The translations under genes were made by a program, and so were the position numbers. Shown here piece after piece: positions 1 through 13,681 of a stretch of DNA of 24,080 nt. Below the pieces are notes generated by a model, which saw nothing but the letters and a program-made list of their open reading frames with translations, had not been told where the DNA came from and did no database searches. The stretch is from a virus, in the UHGV virus genome UHGV-1465484; one strand, 5' to 3'. Within the stretch, counting starts at the first letter, position 1. Each line of letters begins with the position of its first letter.

Positions 1-244
1 GCAAAATTATCCTCATTCTGACGTTTGGCAAGATACGGTATCAGATGCTCTTTCTTCAATACAATAGTGTCGAGCATGGGTGTCCCTCATGCTCGCCAGT
101 CCTGTGTGGGGGTGGAAGAAACAGGACGTGTATTCAGGTCTGTGTGACTGTGGTCGCAAGACTTTTGTCGTTCAGCTATTAAATCCCATTACGAAGTAGA
201 CCAGAACGGCCAACGGGTCCTTTCCGGCGATCCGACAGGTTACG

Positions 245-256
245 GGGCGGCGACCT
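245..256. other. cosN: cosN cohesive-end site: 12-nt GGGCGGCGACCT preceded by the phage right-end sequence ...CCGACAGGTTACG
   Basis: Exact lambda cohesive-end 12-mer read at 245-256, directly abutting a lambda-right-end-like sequence (231-244); Nu1 starts about 190 nt downstream, as in lambda. Confidence 0.85.
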
Positions 257-295
257 CGCGGGTTTTCGCTATTTATGAAAATTTTCCGGTTTAAG

Positions 296-410
296 GCGTT
301 TCCGTTCTTCTTCGTCATAACTTAATGTTTTTATTTAAAATACCCTCTGAAAAGAAAGGAAACGACAGGTGCTGAAAGCGAGCTTTTTGGCCTCTGTCGT
401 TTCCTTTCTC
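296..410 (+). promoter_or_regulatory. cosB: cosB terminase-binding region: R3 (~296-311 CGTTTCCGTTCTT), AT-rich IHF-type site (~314-345), R2 (~352-368, inverted copy), R1 (~394-410 CTGTCGTTTCCTTTCTC)
   Basis: Three copies of the CGTTTCC(T/G)TT motif are visible, the middle one inverted (AGAAAGGAAACGACAG is the reverse complement of CTGTCGTTTCCTTTCT); an AT-rich stretch lies between R3 and R2. Matches the known lambda cosB layout. Confidence 0.8.
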
Positions 411-433
411 TGTTTTTGTCCGTGGAATGAACA

Positions 434-953
434 ATGGAAGTCAACAAAAAGCAGCTGGCTGACATTTTCGGTGCGAGTATCCGTACCATTCAGAACTGGC
501 AGGAACAGGGAATGCCCGTTCTGCGAGGCGGTGGCAAGGGTAATGAGGTGCTTTATGACTCTGCCGCCGTCATAAAATGGTATGCCGAAAGGGATGCTGA
601 AATTGAGAACGAAAAGCTGCGCCGGGAGGTTGAAGAACTGCGGCAGGCCAGCGAGGCAGATCTCCAGCCAGGAACTATTGAGTACGAACGCCATCGACTT
701 ACGCGTGCGCAGGCCGACGCACAGGAACTGAAGAATGCCAGAGACTCCGCTGAAGTGGTGGAAACCGCATTCTGTACTTTCGTGTTGTCGCGGATCGCAG
801 GTGAAATTGCCAGTATTCTCGACGGGCTCCCCCTGTCGGTGCAGCGGCGTTTTCCGGAACTGGAAAACCGACATGTTGATTTCCTGAAACGGGATATCAT
901 CAAAGCCATGAACAAAGCAGCCGCGCTGGATGAACTGATACCGGGGTTGCTGA

Positions 954-979
<26 letters not shown>
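434..979 (+). CDS. Nu1: Terminase small subunit gpNu1
   Basis: 181-aa ORF, ATG at 434; translation (MEVNKKQLADIFGASIRTIQNWQEQGMPV...) matches lambda Nu1 as I recall it; 3' end overlaps the next gene by 26 nt; sits directly downstream of the cosB R sites. Confidence 0.95.
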
Positions 980-4660
<3,681 letters not shown>

Positions 4661-4680
<20 letters not shown>

Positions 4681-5992
4681 TCTCCCGCATATTGCCAGCA
4701 TGGCCTTTAATGAGCCGCTGATGCTTGAACCCGCCTATGCGCGGGTTTTCTTTTGTGCGCTTGCAGGCCAGCTTGGGATCAGCCGCCTGACGGATGCGGT
4801 GTCCGGCGACAGCCTGACTGCCCAGGAGGCACTCGCGACGCTGGCATTATCCGGTGATGATGACGGACCACGACAGGCCCGCAGTTATCAGGTCATGAAC
4901 GGCATCGCCGTGCTGCCGGTGTCCGGCACGCTGGTCAGCCGGACGCGGGCGCTGCAGCCGTACTCGGGGATGACCGGTTACAACGGCATTATCGCCCGTC
5001 TGCAACAGGCTGCCAGCGACCCGATGGTGGACGGCATTCTGCTCGATATGGACACGCCAGGCGGAATGGTGGCGGGGGCATTTGACTGCGCTGACATCAT
5101 CGCCCGTGTGCGTGACATAAAACCGGTATGGGCGCTGGCCAACGACATGAACTGCAGTGCAGGTCAGCTGCTTGCCAGTGCCGCCTCCCGGCGTCTGGTC
5201 ACGCAGACCGCCCGGACAGGCTCCATCGGCGTCATGATGGCTCACAGTAATTACGGTGCTGCCCTGGAGAAACAGGGTGTGGAAATCACGCTGATTTACA
5301 GCGGCAGCCATAAGGTGGATGGCAATCCCTACAGCCATCTTCCGGATGACGTCCGGGAGACACTGCAGTCCCGGATGGACGCAACCCGCCAGATGTTTGC
5401 GCAGAAGGTGTCGGCATATACCGGCCTGTCTGTGCAGGCTGTGCTGGATACCGAGGCTGCAGTGTACAGCGGTCAGGAGGCCATTGATGCCGGACTGGCT
5501 GATGAACTTGTTAACAGCACCGATGCGATCACCGTCATGCGTGATGCACTGGATGCGCGTAAATCCCGTCTCTCAGGAGGGCGAATGACCAAAGAGACTC
5601 AATCAACAACTGTTTCAGCCACTGCTTCGCAGGCTGACGTTACTGACGTGGTGCCAGCGACGGAGGGCGAAAACGCCAGCGCGGCGCAGCCGGACGTGAA
5701 CGCGCAGATCACCGCAGCGGTTGCGGCAGAAAACAGCCGCATTATGGGGATCCTCAACTGTGAGGAGGCTCACGGACGCGAAGAACAGGCGCGCGTTCTG
5801 GCCGAAACCCCCGGAATGACCGTGGAAACGGCCCGCCGCATTCTGGCTGCAGCACCACAGAGTGCACAGGCGCGCAGTGACACTGCGCTGGATCGTCTGA
5901 TGCAGGGTGCACCGGCACCGCTGGCTGCAGGTAACCTGGCATCTGATACCAATAAAGAATTACTTAATACACCTGAAGCTTTACCGGTATAA
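4661..5992 (+). CDS. C: Head maturation protease / scaffold gpC (ClpP/S49-like)
   Basis: GTG at 4661 preceded by GGAGGAG, in frame with the long ORF 4547-5992; overlaps the B 3' end by 20 nt as in lambda; 443 codons versus 439 recalled for lambda, with a slightly different C-terminus. Confidence 0.85.
5375..5992 (+). CDS. Nu3: Scaffolding protein gpNu3, nested in-frame within the 3' part of C
   Basis: Internal ATG at 5375 (MDATRQMFAQKV...) in the C frame, at the position expected from lambda; nested in-frame initiation is established lambda biology. Confidence 0.7.
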   Translation: MDATRQMFAQKVSAYTGLSVQAVLDTEAAVYSGQEAIDAGLADELVNSTDAITVMRDALDARKSRLSGGRMTKETQSTTVSATASQADVTDVVPATEGENASAAQPDVNAQITAAVAAENSRIMGILNCEEAHGREEQARVLAETPGMTVETARRILAAAPQSAQARSDTALDRLMQGAPAPLAAGNLASDTNKELLNTPEALPV

Positions 5993-6001
5993 GAGGCAGT
6001 T

Positions 6002-6334
6002 ATGGCGACAAAAGAAGAGTTTAACCATTACCAGCCGCTGGGTAACAGTGATCCGGCTCATACAGCAATTGCGCCTGGCGGATTGAGTGCGAAAACGCCT
6101 GCAATGACCCCGCTGATGCTGGATGGCACTACCCGTAAGCTGGTTGTGTGGGATGGCACCACCGACGGTGCAGCCGTTGGCATTCTGGCGGTTGCTGCTG
6201 ACCAGACCAGCACCACACTGACGTTCTACAAGTCCGGCTCGTTCCGTTATGAGGATGTGCTCTGGCCGGAGGCTGCCAGCGACGAGACTAAAAAACGGAC
6301 CGCGTTTGCCGGAACGGCAATCAGCATCGTTTAA
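6002..6334 (+). CDS. D: Capsid decoration protein gpD
   Basis: 110-aa ORF ([22 protein letters not shown]...), lambda gpD length and sequence from memory. Confidence 0.95.
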   Translation: MATKEEFNHYQPLGNSDPAHTAIAPGGLSAKTPAMTPLMLDGTTRKLVVWDGTTDGAAVGILAVAADQTSTTLTFYKSGSFRYEDVLWPEAASDETKKRTAFAGTAISIV

Positions 6335-6351
6335 TCTTCCCCTTCATCAAC

Positions 6352-6378
6352 AAAGGCCGCCTGTGCGGCTTTTTTTAT
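6352..6378 (+). terminator. GC-rich hairpin followed by a T-run between D and E (possible partial terminator/attenuator or mRNA stability element)
   Basis: AAAGGCCGC-CTGT-GCGGCTTTTTTT read at 6352-6378, immediately after the D stop and before the E start codon. Confidence 0.35.
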
Positions 6379-6389
6379 GGAAATAATTT

Positions 6390-7415
6390 ATGTCTGTATA
6401 TACAACTGCAGAATTACTGGCATCGACCCAGCATCACTTTAAGTTCGATCCGCTGTTTCTGCGCCTGTTTTTCCGTGAAACCTATCCTTTCACCACGGAA
6501 AAAGTCTATCTCTCACAAATTCCGGGACTGGTAAACATGGCGCTGTACGTTTCGCCGATTGTTTCCGGTGAGGTTATCCGATCCCGTGGCGGCTCCACCT
6601 CTGAATTTACGCCGGGTTATGTCAAACCCAAGCATGAGGTGAATCCGCAGATGACCCTGCGTCGCCTGCCGGATGAAGATCCGCAGAACCTGGCTGACCC
6701 GGCTTACCGTCGTCGCCGTATTATTCGGCAGAATATGCTGGATGAAAATCTGGCGATTGCCCAGGTCGAAGAGATGCAGGCAGTTTCTGCCGTGCTTAAG
6801 GGCAAATACACCATGACCGGTGAAGCCTTCGATCCGGTTGAGGTGGATATGGGCCGCAGTGCGGCGAATAACATCACGCAGTCCGGCGGCACGGAGTGGA
6901 GCAAGCGTGACAAGTCCACGTATGACCCGACCGACGATATCGAAGCCTACGCGCTGAACGCCAGCGGTGTGGTGAATATCATCGTGTTTGATCCGAAAGG
7001 CTGGGCGCTGTTCCGTTCCTTCAAGGCCGTCAGGGAGAAGCTGGATACCCGTCGCGGCTCTCATTCCGAGCTGGAGACAGCGGTAAAAGACCTGGGCAAA
7101 GCGGTGTCTTATAAGGGAATGTATGGCGATGTGGCCATCGTCGTGTATTCCGGACAGTACGTGGAAAACGGCGTCAAAAAGAACTTCCTGCCGGACAACA
7201 CGATGGTGCTGGGGAACACTCAGGCACGCGGTCTGCGCACCTATGGTTGCATTCAGGATGCGGACGCACAGCGCGAAGGCATTAACGCCTCTGCCCGTTA
7301 CCCGAAAAACTGGGTGACCACCGGCGACCCGGCGCGTGAGTTCACCATGATTCAGTCAGCACCGCTGATGCTGCTGGCTGACCCTGATGAGTTCGTGTCT
7401 GTACAACTGGCGTAA
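6390..7415 (+). CDS. E: Major capsid protein gpE (HK97 fold)
   Basis: 341-aa ORF, lambda gpE length and position. Confidence 0.95.
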   Translation: MSVYTTAELLASTQHHFKFDPLFLRLFFRETYPFTTEKVYLSQIPGLVNMALYVSPIVSGEVIRSRGGSTSEFTPGYVKPKHEVNPQMTLRRLPDEDPQNLADPAYRRRRIIRQNMLDENLAIAQVEEMQAVSAVLKGKYTMTGEAFDPVEVDMGRSAANNITQSGGTEWSKRDKSTYDPTDDIEAYALNASGVVNIIVFDPKGWALFRSFKAVREKLDTRRGSHSELETAVKDLGKAVSYKGMYGDVAIVVYSGQYVENGVKKNFLPDNTMVLGNTQARGLRTYGCIQDADAQREGINASARYPKNWVTTGDPAREFTMIQSAPLMLLADPDEFVSVQLA

Positions 7416-7456
7416 TCATGGCCCTTCGGGGCCATTGTTTCTCTGTGGAGGAGTCC

Positions 7457-7852
7457 ATGACGAAAGATGAACTGATTGCCCGTCTCCGCTCGCTGGGTGA
7501 ACAACTGAACCGTGATATCAGCCTGACGGGGACGAAAGAAGAACTGGCGCTCCGTGTGGCAGAGCTGGAAGAAGAGCTTGATGACACGGGCGACACTGCC
7601 GGTCAGGAGACCCCTCTCAGCCCGGAAAATGTGCTGACCGGACATGAAAATGAGGTTGTATCAGCGCAGCCGGATACCGTGACTGATACGGCTGATCTGG
7701 TCACGGTTGTGGCACTGGTGACGCTGCATACTGATGCACTTCACGCCACGCGGGATGAACCTGTGGCATTTGTGCTGCCGGGAACGGCGTTTCGTGTCTC
7801 TGCCGGTGTGGCAGCCGAAATGACAGAGCGCGGCCTGGCCAGAATGCAATAA
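7457..7852 (+). CDS. FI: DNA-packaging accessory protein gpFI
   Basis: ATG at 7457 preceded by GGAGGAG; MTKDELIARLRSLGEQ...; the six-frame ORF extends upstream to 7418 but the internal ATG with RBS matches lambda FI. Confidence 0.85.
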   Translation: MTKDELIARLRSLGEQLNRDISLTGTKEELALRVAELEEELDDTGDTAGQETPLSPENVLTGHENEVVSAQPDTVTDTADLVTVVALVTLHTDALHATRDEPVAFVLPGTAFRVSAGVAAEMTERGLARMQ

Positions 7853-7863
7853 CGGGAGGCGCT

Positions 7864-8217
7864 GTGGCTGATTTCGATAACCTGTTCGATGCTGCCATTG
7901 CCTGCGCCGATGAAACGATACGCGGGTACATGGGAACGTCAGCCACCATGACATCCGGTGAGCAGTCCGGTGCTGTGATACGTGGTGTTTTTGATGACCC
8001 TGAAAATATCAGCTATGCCGGACAGGGCGTGCGCGTTGAAGGCTCCAGCCCGTCCCTGTTTGTCCGGACTGATGAGGTGCGGCAGCTGCGGCGCGGCGAC
8101 ACGCTGACCATCGGTGAGGAAAACTTCTGGATAGACCGGATTTCGCCGGATGATGGCGGAAGCTGTCATCTCTGGCTTGGGCGGGGCGTACCGCCTGCCG
8201 TTAACCGTCGCCGCTGA
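7864..8217 (+). CDS. FII: Head-tail connector / head completion protein gpFII
   Basis: 117-aa ORF with GTG start after GGGAGG; lambda FII length. Confidence 0.9.
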   Translation: MADFDNLFDAAIACADETIRGYMGTSATMTSGEQSGAVIRGVFDDPENISYAGQGVRVEGSSPSLFVRTDEVRQLRRGDTLTIGEENFWIDRISPDDGGSCHLWLGRGVPPAVNRRR

Positions 8218-8228
8218 AAGGGGGATGT

Positions 8229-8759
8229 ATGGCCATAAAAGGTCTTGAGCAGGCCGTTGAAAACCTAAGCCGTATCAGCAGAACGGCGGTGCCCGGTGCC
8301 GCCGCAATGGCCATTAACCGCGTTGCTTCATCCGCGATATCGCAGTCGGTGGCACAGGTTGCCCGTGAGACAAAGGTACGCCGGAAACTGGTAAAGGAAA
8401 GGGCCAGGCTGAAAAGGGCCACGGTCAAAAATCCGCAGGCCAGAATCAGGGTTAACCGGGGGGATTTGCCCGTAATCAAGCTGGGTAACGCGCGGGTTGT
8501 CCTTTCCCGCCGCAGACGTCGTAAAAAGGGGCAGCGTTCATCCCTGAAAGGTGGCGGCAGCGTGCTTGTGGTGGGAAACCGTCGTATTCCCGGCGCGTTT
8601 ATTCAGCAACTGAAAAATGGCCGGTGGCATGTCATGCAGCGTGTGGCCGGGAAAAACCGTTACCCCATTGATGTGGTGAAAATCCCGATGGCGGTGCCGC
8701 TGACCACGGCGTTTAAACAGAATATTGAACGGATACGGCGTGAACGTCTTCCGGAATAG
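8229..8759 (+). CDS. Z: Tail completion protein gpZ, ending at an in-frame TAG 16 codons before the expected stop (possible amber/truncated allele)
   Basis: 176-aa ORF; the same frame continues after TAG (8757-8759) for 15 sense codons ([15 protein letters not shown]) to a TGA at 8805-8807 that overlaps the U start codon; the untruncated product would be 192 aa, the lambda Z length. Confidence 0.85.
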   Translation: MAIKGLEQAVENLSRISRTAVPGAAAMAINRVASSAISQSVAQVARETKVRRKLVKERARLKRATVKNPQARIRVNRGDLPVIKLGNARVVLSRRRRRKKGQRSSLKGGGSVLVVGNRRIPGAFIQQLKNGRWHVMQRVAGKNRYPIDVVKIPMAVPLTTAFKQNIERIRRERLPE

Positions 8760-8803
8760 CTGGCCTATGCGCTGCAGCATCAACTGAGAATGGTAATAAA
8801 GCG

Positions 8804-9199
8804 ATGAAACATACTGAACTCCGTGCAGCCGTACTGGATGCACTGGAGAAGCATGACACCGGGGCGACGCTTTTTGATGGTCGCCCCGCTGTTTTTGATG
8901 AGGAAGATTTTCCGGCAATTGCCGTTTATCTCACCGGCGCTGAATACACGGGCGAAGAGCTGGACAGCGATACCTGGCAGGCGGAGCTGCATATTGAAGT
9001 TTTCCTGCCTGCTCAGGTGCCGGATTCAGAGCTGGATGCGTGGATGGAGTCCCGGATTTATCCGGTGATGAGCGATATCCCGGCACTGTCAGATTTGATC
9101 ACCAGTATGGTGGCCAGTGGCTATGACTACCGGCGCGACGATGATGCGGGCCTGTGGAGTTCAGCCGATCTGACTTATGTCATTACCTATGAAATGTGA
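8804..9199 (+). CDS. U: Tail terminator protein gpU
   Basis: 131-aa ORF; its ATG (8804) overlaps the TGA of the extended Z frame. Confidence 0.95.
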   Translation: MKHTELRAAVLDALEKHDTGATLFDGRPAVFDEEDFPAIAVYLTGAEYTGEELDSDTWQAELHIEVFLPAQVPDSELDAWMESRIYPVMSDIPALSDLITSMVASGYDYRRDDDAGLWSSADLTYVITYEM

Positions 9200-9206
9200 G
9201 GACGAT

Positions 9207-9947
9207 ATGCCAACACCAAATCCTCTGGCACCGGTGAAAGGGGCCGGGACCACACTGTGGGTTTATAACGGGAGCGGCGACCCTTATGCAAACCCGCTTT
9301 CAGACAATGACTGGTCGCGTCTGGCAAAGGTTAAAGACCTGACGCCCGGCGAACTGACCGCTGAGTCCTATGACGACAGTTATCTCGATGATGAAGATGC
9401 GGACTGGACCGCGACCGGACAGGGGCAGAAATCTGCCGGAGATACCAGCTTCACGCTGGCGTGGATGCCCGGAGAGCAGGGGCAGCAGGCGCTGCTGGCG
9501 TGGTTTAATGAAGGTGATACCCGTGCCTATAAAATCCGCTTCCCGAACGGCACGATCGATGTGTTCCGCGGCTGGGTCAGCAGTATCGGTAAGGCGGTGA
9601 CGGCGAAGGAAGTGATCACCCGCACGGTGAAAGTCACCAATGTGGGACGTCCGTCGATGGCAGAAGATCGCAGCACGGTAACAGCGGCAACCGGCATGAC
9701 CGTGACGCCTGCCAGCACCTCGGTGGTGAAAGGGAAGAGCACGACGCTGACCGTGGCATTCCAGCCGGAAGGCGCAACCGACAAGAGCTTCCGTGCGGTG
9801 TCTGCGGATAAAACAAAAGCCACCGTGTCGGTCAGTGGTATGACCATCACCGTGAACGGCGTTGCTGCAGGCAAGGTCAACATTCCGGTCGTATCCGGTA
9901 ATGGTGAACTTGCTGCGGTTGCAGAAATCAACGTCACCGCCAGTTAA
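9207..9947 (+). CDS. V: Major tail tube protein gpV with C-terminal Ig-like (Big_2-type) domain
   Basis: ATG at 9207 after GAGGA ([22 protein letters not shown]...); 246 aa; Thr/Val-rich Ig-like C-terminal segment; the ORF-track start at 9177 is an upstream extension. Confidence 0.9.
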   Translation: MPTPNPLAPVKGAGTTLWVYNGSGDPYANPLSDNDWSRLAKVKDLTPGELTAESYDDSYLDDEDADWTATGQGQKSAGDTSFTLAWMPGEQGQQALLAWFNEGDTRAYKIRFPNGTIDVFRGWVSSIGKAVTAKEVITRTVKVTNVGRPSMAEDRSTVTAATGMTVTPASTSVVKGKSTTLTVAFQPEGATDKSFRAVSADKTKATVSVSGMTITVNGVAAGKVNIPVVSGNGELAAVAEINVTAS

Positions 9948-9962
9948 TCCGGAGAGTCAGCG

Positions 9963-10385
9963 ATGTTCCTGAAAACCGAATCATTTGAACATAACGGTGT
10001 GACCGTCACGCTTTCTGAACTGTCAGCCCTGCAGCGTATTGAGCATCTCGCCCTGATGAAACGGCAGGCAGAACAGGCGGAGTCAGACAGCAACCGGAAG
10101 TTTACTGTGGAAGACGCCATCAGAACCGGTGCTTTTGTGGTGGCGATGTCCCTGTGGCATAACCATCCGCAGAAGACAAAGCTGCCTTCCATGAATGAAG
10201 CCGTTAAACAGATTGAGCAGGAAGTGCTTACCACCTGGCCCACGGAGGCAATTTCTCATGCTGAAAACGTGGTGTACCGGCTGTCTGGTATGTATGAGTT
10301 TGTTGTGAATAATGCCCCTGAACAGACAGAGGACGCCGGGCCTGCAGAGCCTGTTTCTGCGGGAAAGTGTTCGACGGTGAGCTGA
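9963..10385 (+). CDS. G: Tail assembly chaperone gpG
   Basis: 140-aa ORF, lambda G length; contains the slippery heptamer near its 3' end. Confidence 0.95.
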   Translation: MFLKTESFEHNGVTVTLSELSALQRIEHLALMKRQAEQAESDSNRKFTVEDAIRTGAFVVAMSLWHNHPQKTKLPSMNEAVKQIEQEVLTTWPTEAISHAENVVYRLSGMYEFVVNNAPEQTEDAGPAEPVSAGKCSTVS

Positions 10386-10801
10386 GTTTTGCCCTGAAAC
10401 TGGCGCGTGAGATGGGGCGACCCGACTGGCGTGCCATGCTTGCCGGGATGTCATCCACGGAGTATGCCGACTGGCACCGTTTTTACAGTACCCATTATTT
10501 TCATGATGTTCTGTTGGATATGCACTTTTCCGGGCTGACGTACACCGTGCTCAGCCTGTTTTTCAGCGATCCGGAGATGCATCCGCTGGATTTCAGTCTG
10601 CTGAACCGGCGCGAGGCTGACGAAGAGCCTGAAGATGATGTGCTGATGCAGAAAGCGGCAGGGCTTGCCGGAGGCGTTCGTTTTGGCCCGGACGGGAATG
10701 AAGTTATCCCCGTTTCCCCGGATGTGGCGGACATGACGGAGGATGACGTAATGCTGATGACAGTATCAGAAGGGATCGCAGGAGGAGTCCGGTATGGCTG
10801 A
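9963..10801 (+). CDS. GT: Tail assembly chaperone gpGT, made by programmed -1 ribosomal frameshift from G into the T frame
   Basis: Slippery heptamer G GGA AAG at 10361-10367 in the G frame; the -1 frame reads ...GKVFDGELSF and stays open to 10801, where its stop overlaps the H start (ATGGCTGA). The G/GT frameshift is established lambda biology. Confidence 0.85.
10361..10367 (+). promoter_or_regulatory. Programmed -1 frameshift slippery site GGGAAAG (G to G-T)
   Basis: Heptamer read directly at 10361-10367 in the X XXY YYZ register of the G frame. Confidence 0.85.
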
Positions 10802-13355
10802 ACCGGTAGGCGATCTGGTCGTTGATTTGAGTCTGGATGCGGCCAGATTTGACGAGCAGATGGCCAGAGTCAGGCGTCATTTTTCCGGTACGGAAAGTGA
10901 TGCGAAAAAAACAGCGGCAGTCGTTGAACAGTCGCTGAGCCGACAGGCGCTGGCTGCACAGAAAGCGGGGATTTCCGTCGGGCAGTACAAAGCCGCCATG
11001 CGTATGCTGCCTGCGCAGTTCACCGACGTGGCCACGCAGCTTGCAGGCGGGCAAAGTCCGTGGCTGATCCTGCTGCAACAGGGTGGTCAGGTTAAGGACT
11101 CCTTCGGCGGGATGATCCCCATGTTCAGGGGGCTTGCCGGTGCGATCACCCTGCCGATGGTGGGGGCCACCTCGCTGGCGGTGGCGACCGGTGCGCTGGC
11201 GTATGCCTGGTATCAGGGCAACTCAACCCTGTCCGATTTCAACAAAACGCTGGTCCTTTCCGGTAATCAGTCGGGTCTGACGGCAGATCGTATGCTGGTC
11301 CTGTCCAGAGCCGGGCAGGCGGCAGGGTTGACGTTTAACCAGACCAGCGAGTCACTCAGCGCACTGGTTAAGGCGGGGGTAAGCGGTGAGGCTCAGATTG
11401 CGTCCATCAGCCAGAGTGTGGCGCGTTTCTCCTCTGCATCCGGTGTGGAGGTGGACAAGGTCGCTGAAGCCTTCGGGAAGCTGACCACAGACCCGACGTC
11501 GGGGTTGACGGCGATGGCACGCCAGTTCCATAACGTGACGGCGGAACAGATTGCGTATGTTGCTCAGTTGCAGCGTTCCGGCGATGAAGCCGGGGCATTG
11601 CAGGCGGCGAACGAGGCCGCAACGAAAGGGTTTGATGACCAGACCCGACGCCTGAAAGAGAACATGGGCACGCTGGAAACCTGGGCAGACAGGACAGCAC
11701 GAGCATTCAAATCCATGTGGGATGCGGTGCTGGATATTGGTCGTCCTGATACCGCTCAGGAGATGCTGATTAAGGCAGAGGCTGCGTTTAAGAAAGCGGA
11801 CGACATCTGGAATCTGCGCAAGGATGATTATTTTGTTAACGATGAAGCGCGGGCGCGTTACTGGGATGATCGTGAAAAGGCCCGTCTTGCGCTTGAAGCC
11901 GCCCGAAAGAAGGCTGAACAGCAGAGTCAACAGGACAAAAATGCGCAGCAGCAGAGCGATACCGAAGCATCACGGCTGAAATATACCGAAGAGGCGCAGA
12001 AGGCTTACGAACGGCTGCAGACACCGCTGGAGAAATATACCGCCCGCCAGGAGGAACTGAATAAGGCACTGAAAGACGGGAAAATCCTGCAGGCAGATTA
12101 CAACACGCTGATGGCGGCAGCGAAAAAGGGCTATGAAGCGACGCTGAAAAAGCCGAAACAGTCCGGCGTGAAGGTGTCTGCGGGCGATCGTCAGGAAGAC
12201 AGTGCTCATGCTGCCCTGCTGACGCTTCAGGCAGAACTCCGGACGCTGGAGAAGCATGCCGGAGCGAATGAGAAAATCAGCCAGCAGCGCCGGGATTTGT
12301 GGAAGGCGGAGAGTCAGTTCGCGGTACTGGAGGAGGCGGCGCAACGTCGCCAGCTGTCTGCACAGGAGAAATCCCTGCTGGCGCATAAAGATGAGACGCT
12401 GGAGTACAAACGCCAGCTGGCTGCACTTGGCGACAAGGTTACGTATCAGGAGCGCCTGAACGCGCTGGCGCAGCAGGCGGATAAATTCGCACAGCAGCAA
12501 CGGGCAAAACGGGCCGCTATTGATGCGAAAAGCCGGGGGCTGACTGACCGGCAGGCAGAACGGGAAGCCACGGAACAGCGCCTGAAGGAACAGTATGGCG
12601 ATAATCCTCTGGCGCTGAATAACGTCATGTCAGAGCAGAAAAAGACCTGGGCGGCTGAAGACCTGCTTCGCGGGAACTGGATGGCAGGCCTCAGGTCCGG
12701 CTGGAGCGAGTGGAAAGAGAGTGCCACGGACAGTATGTCGCAGGTTAAAAGTGCTGCCACGCAGACCTTTGATGGTATTGCGCAGAATATGGCGGCGATG
12801 CTGACCGGCAGTGAACAGAACTGGCGCAGCTTCACCCGTTCCGTGCTGTCCATGATGACAGAAATTCTGCTTAAGCAGGCAATGGTGGGGATTGTCGGGA
12901 GTATCGGCAGCGCCATTGGCGGGGCTGTTGGTGGCGGCGCATCCGCGTCAGGCGGTACAGCCATTCAGGCCGCTGCGGCGAAATTCCATTTTGCAACCGG
13001 AGGATTTACGGGAACCGGCGGCAAATATGAGCCAGCGGGGATTGTTCACCGTGGTGAGTTTGTCTTCACGAAGGAGGCAACCAGCCGGATTGGCGTGGGA
13101 AATCTCTACCGGCTGATGCGCGGCTATGCCACCGGCGGTTATGTCGGTGGCACCGGAAGTCCGGCGCAAATGCGGCGTTCAGAGGGTATCAGGTTTGAGC
13201 AGAACAACAACGTGGTGATTCAGAACGACGGTACGAATGGTCTGCCAGGTCCACAGATGATGAAGGCGGTGTATGACATGGCCCGCAAGGGTGCCCGTGA
13301 TGAAATCCAGGCACAGATGCGCGATGGTGGCCTGTTCTCCGGAGGTGGACGATGA
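10794..13355 (+). CDS. H: Tail tape measure protein gpH
   Basis: 853-aa ORF with long Ala/Gln/Glu-rich coiled-coil-like centre and Gly-rich C-terminal part; lambda H length; ATGA overlap with M. Confidence 0.95.
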   Translation: MAEPVGDLVVDLSLDAARFDEQMARVRRHFSGTESDAKKTAAVVEQSLSRQALAAQKAGISVGQYKAAMRMLPAQFTDVATQLAGGQSPWLILLQQGGQVKDSFGGMIPMFRGLAGAITLPMVGATSLAVATGALAYAWYQGNSTLSDFNKTLVLSGNQSGLTADRMLVLSRAGQAAGLTFNQTSESLSALVKAGVSGEAQIASISQSVARFSSASGVEVDKVAEAFGKLTTDPTSGLTAMARQFHNVTAEQIAYVAQLQRSGDEAGALQAANEAATKGFDDQTRRLKENMGTLETWADRTARAFKSMWDAVLDIGRPDTAQEMLIKAEAAFKKADDIWNLRKDDYFVNDEARARYWDDREKARLALEAARKKAEQQSQQDKNAQQQSDTEASRLKYTEEAQKAYERLQTPLEKYTARQEELNKALKDGKILQADYNTLMAAAKKGYEATLKKPKQSGVKVSAGDRQEDSAHAALLTLQAELRTLEKHAGANEKISQQRRDLWKAESQFAVLEEAAQRRQLSAQEKSLLAHKDETLEYKRQLAALGDKVTYQERLNALAQQADKFAQQQRAKRAAIDAKSRGLTDRQAEREATEQRLKEQYGDNPLALNNVMSEQKKTWAAEDLLRGNWMAGLRSGWSEWKESATDSMSQVKSAATQTFDGIAQNMAAMLTGSEQNWRSFTRSVLSMMTEILLKQAMVGIVGSIGSAIGGAVGGGASASGGTAIQAAAAKFHFATGGFTGTGGKYEPAGIVHRGEFVFTKEATSRIGVGNLYRLMRGYATGGYVGGTGSPAQMRRSEGIRFEQNNNVVIQNDGTNGLPGPQMMKAVYDMARKGARDEIQAQMRDGGLFSGGGR

Positions 13356-13681
13356 AAACCTTCCGCTGGAAAGTGAAACCCGGTATGGATGTGGCTTCGG
13401 CCCCTTCTGTAAGAAAGGTGCGCTTTGGTGATGGCTATTCCCAGCGAGCGCCTGCCGGGCTGAATGCCAACCTGAAAACGTACAGCGTGACGCTTTCTGT
13501 CCCCCGTTGGGAGGCCACGGCGCTGGAGTCGTTTCTGGAAGAGCACGGGGGCTGGAAAGCCTTTCTGTGGACGCCGCCTTATGAGTGGCGGCAGATAAAG
13601 GTGACCTGCGCAAAATGGTCGTCGCGGGTCAGTATGCTGCGTGTTGAGTTCAGCGCAGAGTTTGAACAGGTGGTGAACTGA
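13352..13681 (+). CDS. M: Tail tip protein gpM
   Basis: 109-aa ORF, lambda M length and position. Confidence 0.95.
   Translation: MKTFRWKVKPGMDVASAPSVRKVRFGDGYSQRAPAGLNANLKTYSVTLSVPRWEATALESFLEEHGGWKAFLWTPPYEWRQIKVTCAKWSSRVSMLRVEFSAEFEQVVN

Noticed and set aside
1-77. Possible 5' end of a minus-strand gene running out of the window (ATG at 77 on the complement, GAGGGA five nt upstream, 25 open codons MLDTIVLKKEHLIPYLAKRQNEDNF)
   Set aside because: Only 25 codons are visible, so an open frame is weak evidence; I recall no gene here in lambda. Not called as a feature; the sequence left of the window would settle it.
335-874. 179-aa minus-strand ORF (and the 120-aa one at 553-915) overlapping Nu1
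   Set aside because: Antisense to a confidently identified, lambda-identical gene; typical spurious antisense ORF in GC-rich coding sequence, with no RBS or conservation argument.
11352-12964. Several 170-190-aa minus-strand ORFs inside H (for example 11352-11930, 11970-12500, 12446-12964)
   Set aside because: Antisense to the tape-measure gene; low-complexity, stop-poor frames expected opposite a repeat-rich coiled-coil gene.
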